DNA from: Paraphysomonas bandaiensis
Lineage: Eukaryota > Protista > Chrysophyceae
DNA: 64,000 bases
Assembly: GCA_965644295.1 (NCBI GenBank)
Contig: CBFFRP010000412.1
Location: 62,001 to 126,000 of the forward strand
Direction of reading: 5' to 3'
The position numbers and the translations under genes were made by a program. Below the pieces are notes generated by a model. It was not told the DNA's origin. It did no database searches and saw only the letters and a list, made by a program, of their open reading frames with translations. Below are positions 45,292-57,936 of the stretch, in pieces; positions within the stretch are counted from its first letter, which is position 1; each line of letters opens with the position of its first letter.

Positions 45292-48026
45292 TCACAAGAA
45301 TATTTTATCTGACTTTATAAACCCAAATTTGCGCAAATTACTACCTGTGTGATGGTTAGTATTCTGTGCCAATTCACTTGCAACATGATCATTGTCAACT
45401 TCCTGTAGATCCTCATAGGTGATGAATCCTGAACCTTTCTTGTCAAGTTTTTGAAAAGCTTGATTTATAGTAGATATTAATTCTGGGGCTAGGGCTCCTA
45501 TTCGAACCAGTACAAGTATGACATACTCTCGTGCATCAATTGCCCCGTCACCTGCAAAATTTCAGCCACAACGGGAGCAACATTTTCGCAAGCTAGGTAC
45601 CGTTTTCTATTCCAAACTCTTTCATCATGTCTAACTCCTGGTCTGTAACCCGGGCTCCAATTTTTTCTTCCAGTGAGAGCGATCCTCCAATACTCGACAC
45701 AGAATTCGCCATCAACCCGAAAGAAATCGCCATTACAGGAACACCTACTACAACGTATATGCCACCAAACAGGAAGTGCCATTCAGGAGAGTCATCTGGA
45801 ATAGGCCAAAGACCACCAGTAGCCATCGCTGACATCGAGAAATATACACCGTTGAGTAAAGGCCAATCAACACAAACCCAGCCCCATAAGACCCCAACTG
45901 CAAACCAGAGTATAAACAATATATGGATCTGAAATTTTGGCCCATAGTACTCAATGGACGCAACAATATCATCCCAATACCCTTCAGTCTTCCTTGCGGC
46001 CTCCATGGCTTGCTTCTTCATCGCATCGACATACCTGAGCAGATACCATGAATGCTTCACATACCGTGGCACCAAAAATTACGTACCATTTAGATTTTGC
46101 ATCCGCCAACGACTTAGCGAAGACAGCCATAATACCACCAATTGCAGCCACACCGACAGCGAAGTGCACACGCACAAAGATGCTTGACGCTAGGTTGTGA
46201 GGAATAGGCGTCCAGAAAATACCGTATCCAAAGCTGACGCTAGTGAAGAAAGCTTTGCTGAGAAATAAGTCATCATGAATACTAAAAAAGAGAGTACCAA
46301 CTGCAAGCCACGTAACCCTGTTGATATGAGATATCATATTGTACAAGTGTCAGCGAGATAACAATACTACCATGAAATAAAAGACAGTGCATACGGGTCT
46401 ACCAAATATGACAATGCCAGAAAGAAAAAACGACGTCCAGCGACAACACACTTCAAAAACAGCGACAAGTCATCATCGATGACATTAGATTTCAGAGAAA
46501 TGACACTAGACACCTTCGGTTTATCAGAAGGTATATCTTTGCGCTCTAGTAATACGTCACGTTTGGACGGAGAATTCTTTTTGAATGACACCAATTGCAC
46601 CGTATCTGCTAGTTTATTCGCACTAAAGTTTTGCGAGCAGCCCGACAAACACTGAACAGAAGGAAATTCTTCAACGTCAACCTTTCTTTCATTTCCGTCA
46701 CTATTGCAAACAGTTGTATCTAGTACAGGATTAGCTTTACTCTCAGCATGGACCTTGTTAGACGAGTTGAAAATCCCAACACGACTAGATTGATGAGATT
46801 GTGCCTTATAAGCAAGTGAAGATTCCACAGCCGACTTCTTGACCAAATATTTGAATTTACGAACAGCTGTCCTTTTCTTGCGACCAAATACAATATCATC
46901 ATAATAAATCTTGCCTTCATGTTTCCTGTCGAGCTCTTTAAATCTCTCATTAATTTGACTGATAAGCAACGGAGTTGCGGCCCCTATCCTCACCACAGTG
47001 AGAATTATAAACTCCCTATTATCAAGTGTACCATCGCCATCTATTTTGAGGAATCGTGATATTGAAAACTAAAAAACAAATGCTCACCATCGATCCCAAA
47101 TATGCGCATAAACTCGAGCTCCCTGTCAGAGACTGGCGTCATGATCTTGTCATACATTGTCATGTCGTTCGTGAGAAGGACAAAGCTCAACAACATACCT
47201 AATTATAAATCCATTTACAAAATATTAATATTGACCATGGATTACCAATTGCTATTGCTGTGATGGGAACGCCAGTTGCAGTGTAAAGAGCTACCACGAC
47301 ATAATGCCACTGTGGTGATGATTCAGGAAGGGACGAATAGCCCGCCCCTGAAAGAGTTGAAAGTACAAAATCAAATGCATGGAACCACCCCCATTCGTTC
47401 ACTGACATCATTCCCCACATCATCCCGAATATTATCCACACAGCGAAGAGTACAATTATCTTGTACTTAGGCAGATAGTATACTAGCCAAGCTTTTACAT
47501 CATCGCTGTACCCAGCAGTCTCTGCCGCTGCCTTAACTTGGTGTCTCCTGATTACGTCGATGATCCAACTGTCCTGATTTTCGGACATCTGTCGAGCCAT
47601 GTACATAACCGCAATTCCGACAAATACGACCCCTATAGAAGTATGTACAGTGGAAAACATTCTACTTCCTGTTCCATTAAAATGAATAGAGTCAGCTGGT
47701 GTGGTCCATCCAATAGACCACCCAATGTTAACCGACTGATATAAACCATAGACGAATCCAAATTCATCATGTACAGCATAAAACAGAGTGCCAATAAATA
47801 TCCACAGGAACCTATCACATTAAAATAACAAAAAATGGCTTCGAAGTAGACAGCACTACCATGCTAGAATTGGAATGCTTTTCACCACCTCAAACTTCGA
47901 CCTCTTTTCTCTTGCCTTGTTCTCAAGCTCCAATATATCAGCAGTGGTCATCTTATGGACTATAAATTGCCTTCTATGTCTTGGCCGAGACACAGGAGAT
48001 TTTCCATCCTCATCCTGAGTGTGCAT
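45292..48026 (-). CDS. Tandem double two-pore K+ channel-like (TPK/K2P-like) protein with EF-hands, spliced
   Basis: Two homologous modules, each TM-P-TM-TM-P-TM plus EF-hand pair (DGTLDNREF...LDRKHEGKI; DGAIDAREY...LDKKGSGFI), joined by an open linker (46367-46996). Ends approximate. Confidence 0.8.
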
Positions 48027-48949
48027 AATCGAGTAGAGAGAGAAGCTAAATAATTTTAGTCTCCTTCAGTGAAGAAGTTGATTAGTCTGAAATAATAAAC
48101 CGCCGCGGGGCCTATATTCTGACCCGCCATTCAACAACAAGTCCATAGACACAAACCACCAGAGCTATCACTTGTTTCACTCCGAATTTGAAAAACAATA
48201 ATAGTGCAGAACATATTAGAGCAGATAGCTGGACATAGAATAAGTAATCTCAACGACACACTTCCTTCAGAGAATACCTTCACAGCTCACAGTTCCCTGC
48301 GTCCATATTCGTTACTTCATCACCGTGTTGCTATTTGATCGCGATGTACCGCGATTGGTGCAGTATATCCTACACGGTATTTAGCAGGTTTTGGCAGATA
48401 CTACCGTATCGATTTTTACCTTTAAAATTCTGTTGCGGAAATTCTTTCTGCTGACTGTCACTCAACATGTACTCGCTCTATATACTGCTGCCATCGTATC
48501 ATCATATCCTCACATACCTGTAGTGTATAAATGTGCACACGGCAGAGTAGATCACCTTCTTTCGCATCACGACTCGTACGCCTGCTGCCGATAGGCTCTG
48601 CTTTTTGGTCAGTAACTGTTGCTGCTATGGGAGTGTGATCATAGTGCTTCAGAGGATGGCTAATTGAGAGCAGTTTGCCCACCGTGCTTAGTGGGCTCTC
48701 AGAATGGTCTCTATGGGGATTGAATACTCTTAAAAATGTGAGAATAGCCGCACATTGTTTGGCTATGATGGAGCTGTAAGAGCCAATTCTGTTGAGGTTT
48801 CTGAGTATTTGATATATTATATATATTATCGATATGCTCACATACGTATAGTGCATAAATGTACTTACATACACGTTTGTTTACACGCATCTATACAATA
48901 CTAGTTACCGACTGAAGCAAGCAAGTTATATTTCATAAATACTTATTAG

Positions 48950-50790
48950 GTAGAAAGTAAACTGACGTATATGAAGATTGGCCATCGTGTAGCATTATCA
49001 ATGACTGCAGTATACAAAGCATTTTCTGCTTCGTGGGAACTCACACTTGTTCTACGAGCAACTTCAACCTCTTCCTCCACCACGTGCGTATCAGATGTAG
49101 GTCTCTCTGTGAGTTCGGCCATCCACGTTAAGATTATCTTCATGAAGTGCCCAGTTGACCAGCTGATTATCAGTCATGTTTTCACCTGTGTCGTTGTTAC
49201 CACAGTCTGAGTAGCTATGTTTAGCAAATTTAATTAAATAGCAGACCACGAATAGTAACTACACAACATCATTCTTCTCGCTCCACTGGCACACCAGGAA
49301 CTTCTTGCACGTCTCATCGAAGGTATTAGAATCCCACAACATGTAATTTGCTCGTAAAAATAAACGATATAGATGTATGTTTCGACGCTCAGGTGTTATA
49401 ATCAACTTTGCACGAGTAATGAGCCTCTCTACAACATTAGTTTGTGCTTCAATATGATGAAGCAAGCTGCGATAGGTGGACTCATAGGTACTAAGTCGAG
49501 CTCTCCTAGTTACCTCGGCGCTGTCCAGAACACACTGTGCGAAGTCAGTTTCCACAGTTTCGAACTGTCGATATATTGTACATTAGTTCTGACTCTTAAA
49601 CGCCAATTGCTTATAGTAAGACATTCTGTACTTCTACACTTTCGTCGTTGTGATTGCTGTCGGATGCACTAACACCAATGAATGAATGCAGCTGCAGATA
49701 TCTAGCCCTTATTCTCTCACTGCCTATCAACTCTCCCTTATCATTCCCCTGAATTTGGCCACTTCCTTTTCAAAAGATGCACTGGCAACAATACGTGCAT
49801 TCGAGGAAAGTATGGATGCAACCCTGGAATTTCTTGTTGAAGTATATCGAATATCTGGCGGATTTGGTACATATTGGTTCAAGTAATAATAATGCAAGTG
49901 TAACTCTCTGTAATTTTCAAGCTTGTTTTGATGTGTAACCTCTTCCAAACTTGGAGGGAAAATATTTTTATGATTGTTTTCTACTTGAAATTATGCATAT
50001 TTTCAATGTTTGGGCACATATAGTTGGGGTCATTTAATCGGCCCTATCAGCATAAAAGAGAGAATTCTTTCATTTAGTATGATTGAGAAGTAAGTAAAAT
50101 TGAAAGTTGCAAGCAGCATATTGTATGCCCTTGAGGTGGGCTCATCCCAGATGCTTGACTTCGTCGGGGCCCAAAGACGTCTACACAAGTGACGCTAATT
50201 AGTGCCCATGCATCACACAAGCATTTGGCTATGAGCTATGTATGGGCAGAAATTATGAGCTATATAAGCGGCTCACGTTAGATTCCCGGAGATATCTCTC
50301 CGGTACTTATTCCCCAGAACACCAAGAAAAGGTTCGAGTTCGACTTTGTTGAGGTAAGAATTAATAATATCATGATGATAAGTATATTGTAGTGAAACAG
50401 AATATAGTGACCACATGCAAGTTAATGACGATGTAAGATCGTACAAGAAAAGAGTGGTAGTAGAGATATCATGAAATTGGTGAATGATAAGGGATATTGA
50501 TTATAATTTATAATCTCAGCATAGAGTGAAAAACTTGTTCAGCTTTGTCATTCTCTAACACACGAAGCAGGTACTTCAACTGTCGGGTATATTTTTTCTC
50601 ACGAAACTATTTTTTAACTCTTATACATTATAAAGTTGCCACAAAGTAGCTGTAGAGTTGCATGAACATTGTTTAGAGTTTCATCGGAGATATTATATCT
50701 GAAAAGCACTTAACATATATCATGAACCAGTAAATGCCATTAATGGGTACCCAGCTCCCGCAATTATAATGGCATTACTATCAATGGTTA
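48950..50790. repeat. Diverged interspersed repeat, copy 2 (homologous to ~16330-18210), with minus-strand exon-like ORFs
   Basis: Colinear shared blocks with copy 1; ORFs 49727-49948 and 49259-49555 match degraded frames at ~16520-16970. Confidence 0.65.
50128..50355 (-). mobile_element. SINE-like retroposon, diverged 5' portion
   Basis: gggcccaaagacgtctacacaagtgac...cgactttgttgagg matches the family. Confidence 0.82.
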
Positions 50791-50857
50791 CCAGGCCCAG
50801 CCATACCAATAGATTGACTAACATTTGATCGCTTTGAAAATGTAAAATTCTTATTTG

Positions 50858-52857
50858 TCACCAAAACACAACTCGGACAAGATATCTCACAATAACAACT
50901 ACGATCCAACATACCTGGCACAATACTACAGTCTCATGGCCAAAGTCCAAGCATGAACGTACATCTGAAACAAACACAATACTTACTCGCTGCAAAGACA
51001 CAAGAACATTACGCAAAGTGGAATCCTCCACCCATACTGCTGAACAGCTTTCTCCCATGAAGCAATGCGTCATCTGCCCACACACGAACAAAGTCCGCCT
51101 TGGTGATTGCCGGATCTCTCCGACTTTTTATCTATATTTACTCCGCATTAATATACAAACTGACACCATAAAAGGTATCACACCCACCGCTTCTAAAAAC
51201 GAATCATCCGCTTCATGGAAACTTTTTGAAACAGAACGGTAAAACTTATCTGGTCCAACCTTCTCGAAGAACCCCGAAATAGATATAAGGTCGGTGACCT
51301 GATCCTCTCCATTTGCAGATTTGGCCTCTCTTGCCATGGTTGCTGTCTTTTGGAAGGACTTTACAGGATCCAAAACGTCTTTTCCAATGCGACAGTGCTC
51401 GCTAGCGTGCATCGACACACCGCCCGCAGTAGTTAGCATTTGATCACGAAGAGACCGCACCTCCTTCATACGATTCCGGCGATACGCGGGGGATACATTC
51501 GACACCGTTCCTGTAAGTGATGTGGACATGTCAGGAGGGCAGCGTAAATATGCAAGGAAATAGACACCTGTCTTTGGCGCGATGCCTAGCTTGGTCAGAG
51601 ACAGTGGCGTTTGTGACGTTTCAAACCGCCGACTGCTAATAGTTGGTGACTCTTCCGCTCTTTTCGGAGATGGTATGGCTTGTGTCTGAGCAATGTTTAA
51701 CCGCTCCATTGAACGTTTAACTGCATTGGTTCGCTGTTCCTTGGATGGCAAGTTCAAGGTGTCAAGCATCTGCTCGCGGGATGACTTGAACTTCACGATG
51801 GCGGAATTATTAGAAGGTATGGTGTCCGTGTTTGCGGCGGGGAATGCTACAGGAGGAGGGGAGGTGGGTCCACCCCGAGAGGAGATAGAGCGGGATGCAG
51901 GACGAGAGGTGGCGGGGCGATGGACAGGGGTAGGTGGAATCTCTCGTGCAGCAACTTCAGGATCTGGAATAGGTTGTAGCTGAACTGATCGAGACGTTGA
52001 CATTGCTTGGTTATCTCCAACTGTGGTGTCCGCTCCAACTGCCGATAACGAATGTAGAGGCGCAAGTTTCTTTATTGGGGAGTGCATGCAGCGATCGATA
52101 CGAGCTTTCCCCTCTTCACAAACAGGCGGATGTCCTCCAGATGATAAAGGCCTTTCTGCAGGGTCTTCATAGAGGTGGGTGCTCTGCCGGGTAATCATGT
52201 CGGATATGGCTGCAGTGGCTGGTCGAGATTGAAACCTTTCGTCTTCTCGACGCCATACCTCCGGTGTCTGCTGTCGCTGCCGCCAGATAAAGTAACAAAG
52301 AGAGCGAACAAGAAAAAGTGCCGATTACTTCTTACCTTCAAAGTCTGTGCCTCTGCCCATTCTTTGTATACGCGTGTCCGCATACTAGGCATGTAGGCTG
52401 CTGTCTTAATTCTACGTTTATTTTTCCGACGGCGGTGGGCTGCTAACCGCCGCTGGTGATACTCATATTCCGACCGCGTCATCTCTCGGTCTATATTATC
52501 AACTGGCTCTTCCGAATATTTCTCCAGCTGTTTGGCCAACTCTAGAATTTCTTCGTCTGTAGCGAGATTCTCTCCAGACTCAGGTAAATCTTCTGTCTCT
52601 GATATATCGCCTTCCTCCTTCACTCCACCATCCTCTCCATCCTCCATCCAATTTTCATTCTCAGCCATCACGCCAAATTCGATCATTGAATCAGTCATTC
52701 TATCCAATACACTCTCGCCTTGAGCACCTGCCTTTTTCTGAGGGGCGGTCATAGTCATCAACTCATTTAATTCGGATATCTTCTCATCGATCTGCACACA
52801 TGTTATAAGAAAATCAGTTGCAATCTGTACATACTTTGGTTTCATAAACGTCATCAC
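50858..52857 (-). CDS. Unknown protein, spliced (acidic N-terminal part, Pro/Ser-rich middle)
   Basis: Long adjacent ORFs 52195-52857 and 51128-52198 with a likely intron at ~52270-52335; no recognisable motif; ends uncertain. Confidence 0.6.
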
Positions 52858-53727
52858 GTATCCATGGTCTCAAATCATCATCACTGAGGGTAGAAATATC
52901 CTTATCGAACAGTCAATCGAAATTATACATATAACTGCAATTAACATACTCTTTTAGTAGTTGACTGCATTGCCGGCATTGAACTGCAATATTGATAGAG
53001 CTGGAAAACAAATTCACTTCAGGAGTCGAAACTACTATTTCTTGTTCACGCAACTCTTACAACATAGCGATAACAATATACTGGCTATTTATATTGTCAA
53101 ATATGTCACGTGCTGCGGTTAGCCAGCAAAGATATGATGTGCCAATCCTATTTGATGGTTATGAGCAATACATACACACCACTACACTCCTAATCCACTA
53201 TTTTGTCTAACATTGTTATTTATTTGCCAACAGCAGGAATTCACTCACTGTGCATGATCCGATTCGATATTCCGCCCCGTTTGTAGCAGCTCACTCCACT
53301 CCATTGCGGGCTGCAGGATCATATACTACCAGTGGCGGTGAAACGCTTTTTTGAGTTCATTTATTAGCTATATGCATACATACACCGGTATACAGTGGCA
53401 GTATTCTATGCTATTCGAAGTACCATGCTCAGACTGCGTGTAGGAATTTCTACGTGTATAGAATACAATACCGTCACCCATACATACAGTGTCACTGTGT
53501 GTGTCGGCTCGACAAAGCACAGAAAACTACGAATACATTGTTGTAGCATTCCATCTTCAATGCTCAGGCCTCCAATAGAAACCGACTTACAACTGCCATA
53601 CCATGAGTCTTATCTGCAGCGAGCCTGCTCATTGAATGAGTTGCTTTAAGCATCGTATATAACATGCAAGTTCCATACACCACAAGCAGATAGATGTAAA
53701 GTCATTGTGTAGAATTGAATACGAATC

Positions 53728-56700
53728 ATGGGACTTGCGTTTGTGGGAGATATGTTGGTTATACTTGTCTCTATATGCGTGTTTGCCGGAATAGGAAAAG
53801 TGTATTTTGAAAACGGTAGTCGTCGCTGTTCGTTTAAAATTAAAATTTAATATACTAAAAGGGTTAGGCCGCTACTACACAATGAGTGTGACACACTGGT
53901 GTGAGTGTTGTAAATCGGTATTCACCGCCACTCTGGTAGTTGGGTGTAGTCTTCTTGAGGTGCCCACAATACTCAATTTCGTTGATTATTTTGACTGACT
54001 GGTGTAGATATTTGCTTTTGAAATTCTGGGTTATTTGAGTTCCTCTGTAAGGCTTCTTTCTTGGGAGTACATGCTAATAGCGATGTGTGTTTGTCTGAAT
54101 TTGGTTATTCCGGTCGCTATGTCTTATACCACTGCTTCCTTCATTACCTGTCGCTTATCTGTTCAAGCTTTCATTGTCTGGTACTCTCGCAATGCTTCGC
54201 TGGTGCATTCGTGACATCTGTACGCAGGGTGGGACTGTGTAGTACGCAAGTGGGTATATGGCTGGTAGGGCACTACATGCCTCTACGGACCGAGGTACCC
54301 TCTTTGTACACTTTTGTAGTCATGTCATCAGAAAATATTAGGAGCAGGAACACCACAAATACTTCGTCGCTTCACTCTTGCATTGGTCGCTTCAAGAGAA
54401 CATCATCCGTCTTTCTGGTAAGCGCTTTATATATACCACTGCGACCAATTTGAGGTGGCTCTTGCATAGCAATAGGCACCTGTGTGGCGGCCCTCTTGAG
54501 CGGGTTTGCCGCGGTGAGCTTTCCATTAGATTTGGTATGTCTGTTGTATATCTGCTGCATCCTAATTTTCAATATTCTTGCCCTAGATACCGTGTATCGT
54601 GTATAATGAGTTTTATGTAGTACTTGATGTCCAAGTATGCCGCTGAAGTGTCCCCGCAAGATCTCAGTGAAGGAGAACAGAGACTTATGGAAACTCTTGT
54701 GGTATACATGTGAATTGCTTAAATGTGAATGATACTCATATATTTCGCGAATGCTTGCAACTATAGTATCATTTTCTCATTGATATCGTTAAGTTTATTG
54801 ATATCGTTACATTCGTCATAGATGGTGGAGTCTCGGAAAGAACGTCTGCATAACTGTACTTCTATCGTAGAAAGTAACGGGCATCCTTCCGGTATTATTT
54901 ATGATGATCGAGGTGGATCGCTTCGGTAGCTTTATTTTTGAAAAGTTTCGTCTGTAGCTAACATAGCGTACGGCAGGCATACACATACCTCCAGGCGATA
55001 CGAAGACCCACTGCATATTGGTAGAAAGAAGGTATGGCCCCAGGATACAGAGCTTTTTATGTATATCTATGAGCGGCATTAGTGGGTTCGAAATGTTGTA
55101 TAGCTATGGGCGTTGCTTTTCAAGTTTTAGCTTCACATGTCACTCCAGGATATTGCTAACACGGAAATCCCACTACTCGAGCAGATATGTGAGGACCTTC
55201 GAAATGATGTTTCAGTTCTGAGAAGATTTCAGGAACAGGTTTGTGAATAGCTAGTCAGCTATGTTGAGTATACCAATTTGATTTTACCTTTACTTTTCGA
55301 TGGGATATTATATATCGGACACAGTAATGTAGAACAATACTGTATAGTGGATAATGATGAACTATGTTTCAGTCAGTTAGAGACCAGACTATATTGGGAA
55401 GAATCGAGAAGGTCTCAGGTCTGGCCTTAACTCTGTGGGGAATCTTCAGGTGGTTGCTGTTCTCAGTTTTGCTTAGATTAATTATGGCTTGCATTGCATC
55501 ATATATATATTTATATAGAGTTTGTCTGGGCGTATTTCGCGTACTTCTTCGTGTGGCGTTCGTTACTGGGGGTGGAATAGTTCTATATCGAGCACATCAT
55601 ATATCCCACCGAAATGATCATATCAACGCTTCTTTTCCCACCTTTGTGTCCAGAGCGCATTCCTTTGAGCATGCTGCTATTTCTACAGCCCCAGTATATA
55701 TCCCACAGGAAACCACAAGTGGCATGCAAACACTGCGAGACGGTTCCCGTGTATTACATCAGGATGCATTCATTGAAACCCCTAACATCATCCCAGCAAG
55801 TCGGGGGATGGAGGCGGCTGCGACGGCGTACTTGCTCTCTTGGGTACCCCTTGTGTATGTAGCCACCGTCGCTGTACTAGGTATGCGCCCGATATTTGTG
55901 TTGCCTTATGCTCATCAGTGCTCTCCATTGGTGCAGTTGTAATGCAAGTGCGGGGTTTTTTGCAGAGCGTGCAACAATTGGCTAAGTTGGGATTTATATT
56001 CTCTGGCACTGGTATGGTAATTGTACGATGTTGTCGCTCTATTGATCTCCAATGCAGAAGTATATAGTTTGATTTTGGCGTTCATTACGGGATGCTATTT
56101 CTTGGCCTGTTTGCTCTTGCTTCGGGTAACATCGAAGCAAATCATTGAGTCCCTACCTGTGGTTGTGCCAAACACATACGGCGATAACGAATTGCACAAT
56201 GTGACGGAGAGTGAACCTTCTGTATATAAACACCAAGAAATGTTGCTTTCATACTCCCTTCGAGAGGGGTCAATTGCAATAAATCGAGCCTTTGGTCAGA
56301 ATATTAACTATGATTTTTTTTTCTGGTGAACAGAGTTGTATATGAAATTGTACATTGTTTTATATTCATGTTTTAGGCTATTCGATGCATGTTTCGTGAC
56401 GAGCACGATGTTCTTTTCGGCGTATTTGTGGGTTGATTTTCATCAGAAGAAAAAGTGAGTTCTTGTTATGTAATTGTGTACAGCTTTTATGTCGTTCATG
56501 GAACCAGGTCAATCTATTCTTTTATGAAGAACAGCAAACTGGTGTCGAAGCGAAGTTATGACAGATTGCCAACCCTTTCGTCTAGGTCCTCCCCCCTGAT
56601 TTCTGGGCGACACTCCTATACAAGTGCTAATGTAGGACTGGGGTACATGTACCGACAATGTTACCAGTTCCTTAGCGGCACTTGTGATATCATATTGAGA

Positions 56701-56769
56701 CGGATATTTCCACCTCATCGAAGTGAGGCGTTGACATATGAGGAGAGAGAGAACTTCCATATTGTGTAA
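53728..56769 (+). CDS. GPR89 / Golgi pH regulator / GTG-like multi-pass membrane protein, multi-exon
   Basis: Hydrophobic exons in expected order (FTATLVVGCSLLE; MSGISGF; TILGRIEKVSGLALTLWGIFR; FITGCYFLACLLLLR; YDFFF). Gene model and 3' end uncertain. Confidence 0.62.
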
Positions 56770-57936
56770 AGAGCAGAGATCGATGTATGTTTCTTTCTAT
56801 TTTACTACTTTATTTATTTCTGTAAAAACGAAATTAGAGTTTGTAATCAATAGCAATGAGTAAATCATGTGTTATATTATTCGTGCGATCATACGCTAAA
56901 ATGCAACAGTTGGTTCGTATTCTGGCTATCCTTTGAGTGAAACGTTGGTTTGACAGTATAATTCTAAACAAACATCTACCTTTGTGCAGGGGCTGTATTT
57001 TCTTCTTAGTACATTGATGACAACTAATCATAACGACTACTGATTGAGTGCCGCTATAGAGAGCAGAAGAATGAACTGCCTATTTTGTTTTATCTCTATG
57101 ACCTATGTAGTGAGGTGCTAGGAGAATGTAATAGCTATCAAAGTTTATTTTACTTAGTACAATAAACTCATTTTAATGCGACATAATTAATACTTTCTTT
57201 TCGATTTTCTTTGCATTGCTTGATGGCAGAGCCACCAGATTGGACAGTGTACTTTCTGTTAAGAAAAGCGCTTCAAATTTTTATAAAGTGTTGAGAAGAC
57301 TGCCTTTGAGTAATTATTATTACAGTATTACTACATAGTCCAGTTGTTGAAAAATATAAAACTTGGCGATATTACTTGTTGTAAAGAACCAGTTTAAAGT
57401 TTAATACAATAGAAAATGCGTACGGAGGAAGTGTCAAATTAATGAAATTATTACGAAGGCAAATGGTCTAACTGGGGCAATCCTTCCATTTAAGAAAGGA
57501 GTTCTGATTGTTGTATCTAAAGAATGCTTAAGTATACCTACCACACAAGCACGAGACCGCATGTCTCACCAATAACCGTCGTGCAAAGGCAACTAAGCCT
57601 TATATCCAAATAAGTGGAAATTATCGTTGTGCTAGTCTAGAGCTGGAGAGTACACTTCACCCGATCCAGATGTCCTCAAGGAATGCGGCTAGTTACAGAG
57701 TTTACATCGACCTGAACATATGCACTGCTCTTCATGGAATCCACTTTGATGACTAGAGCTCCGCGCTCCTCTCAGACCAACTCCCTGACGCCAATTGGAA
57801 CCGAGATGATTGAGAACCACAAGACACTGTCACGTCAAGCCACCTCCTAAATGCCTAGCAAAAAGCCAAAAGCTGTCCCCGCTAAATCAAGCCTTCCAAC
57901 ACATACAGCATTCATTGGATATGGGATGATCATATT

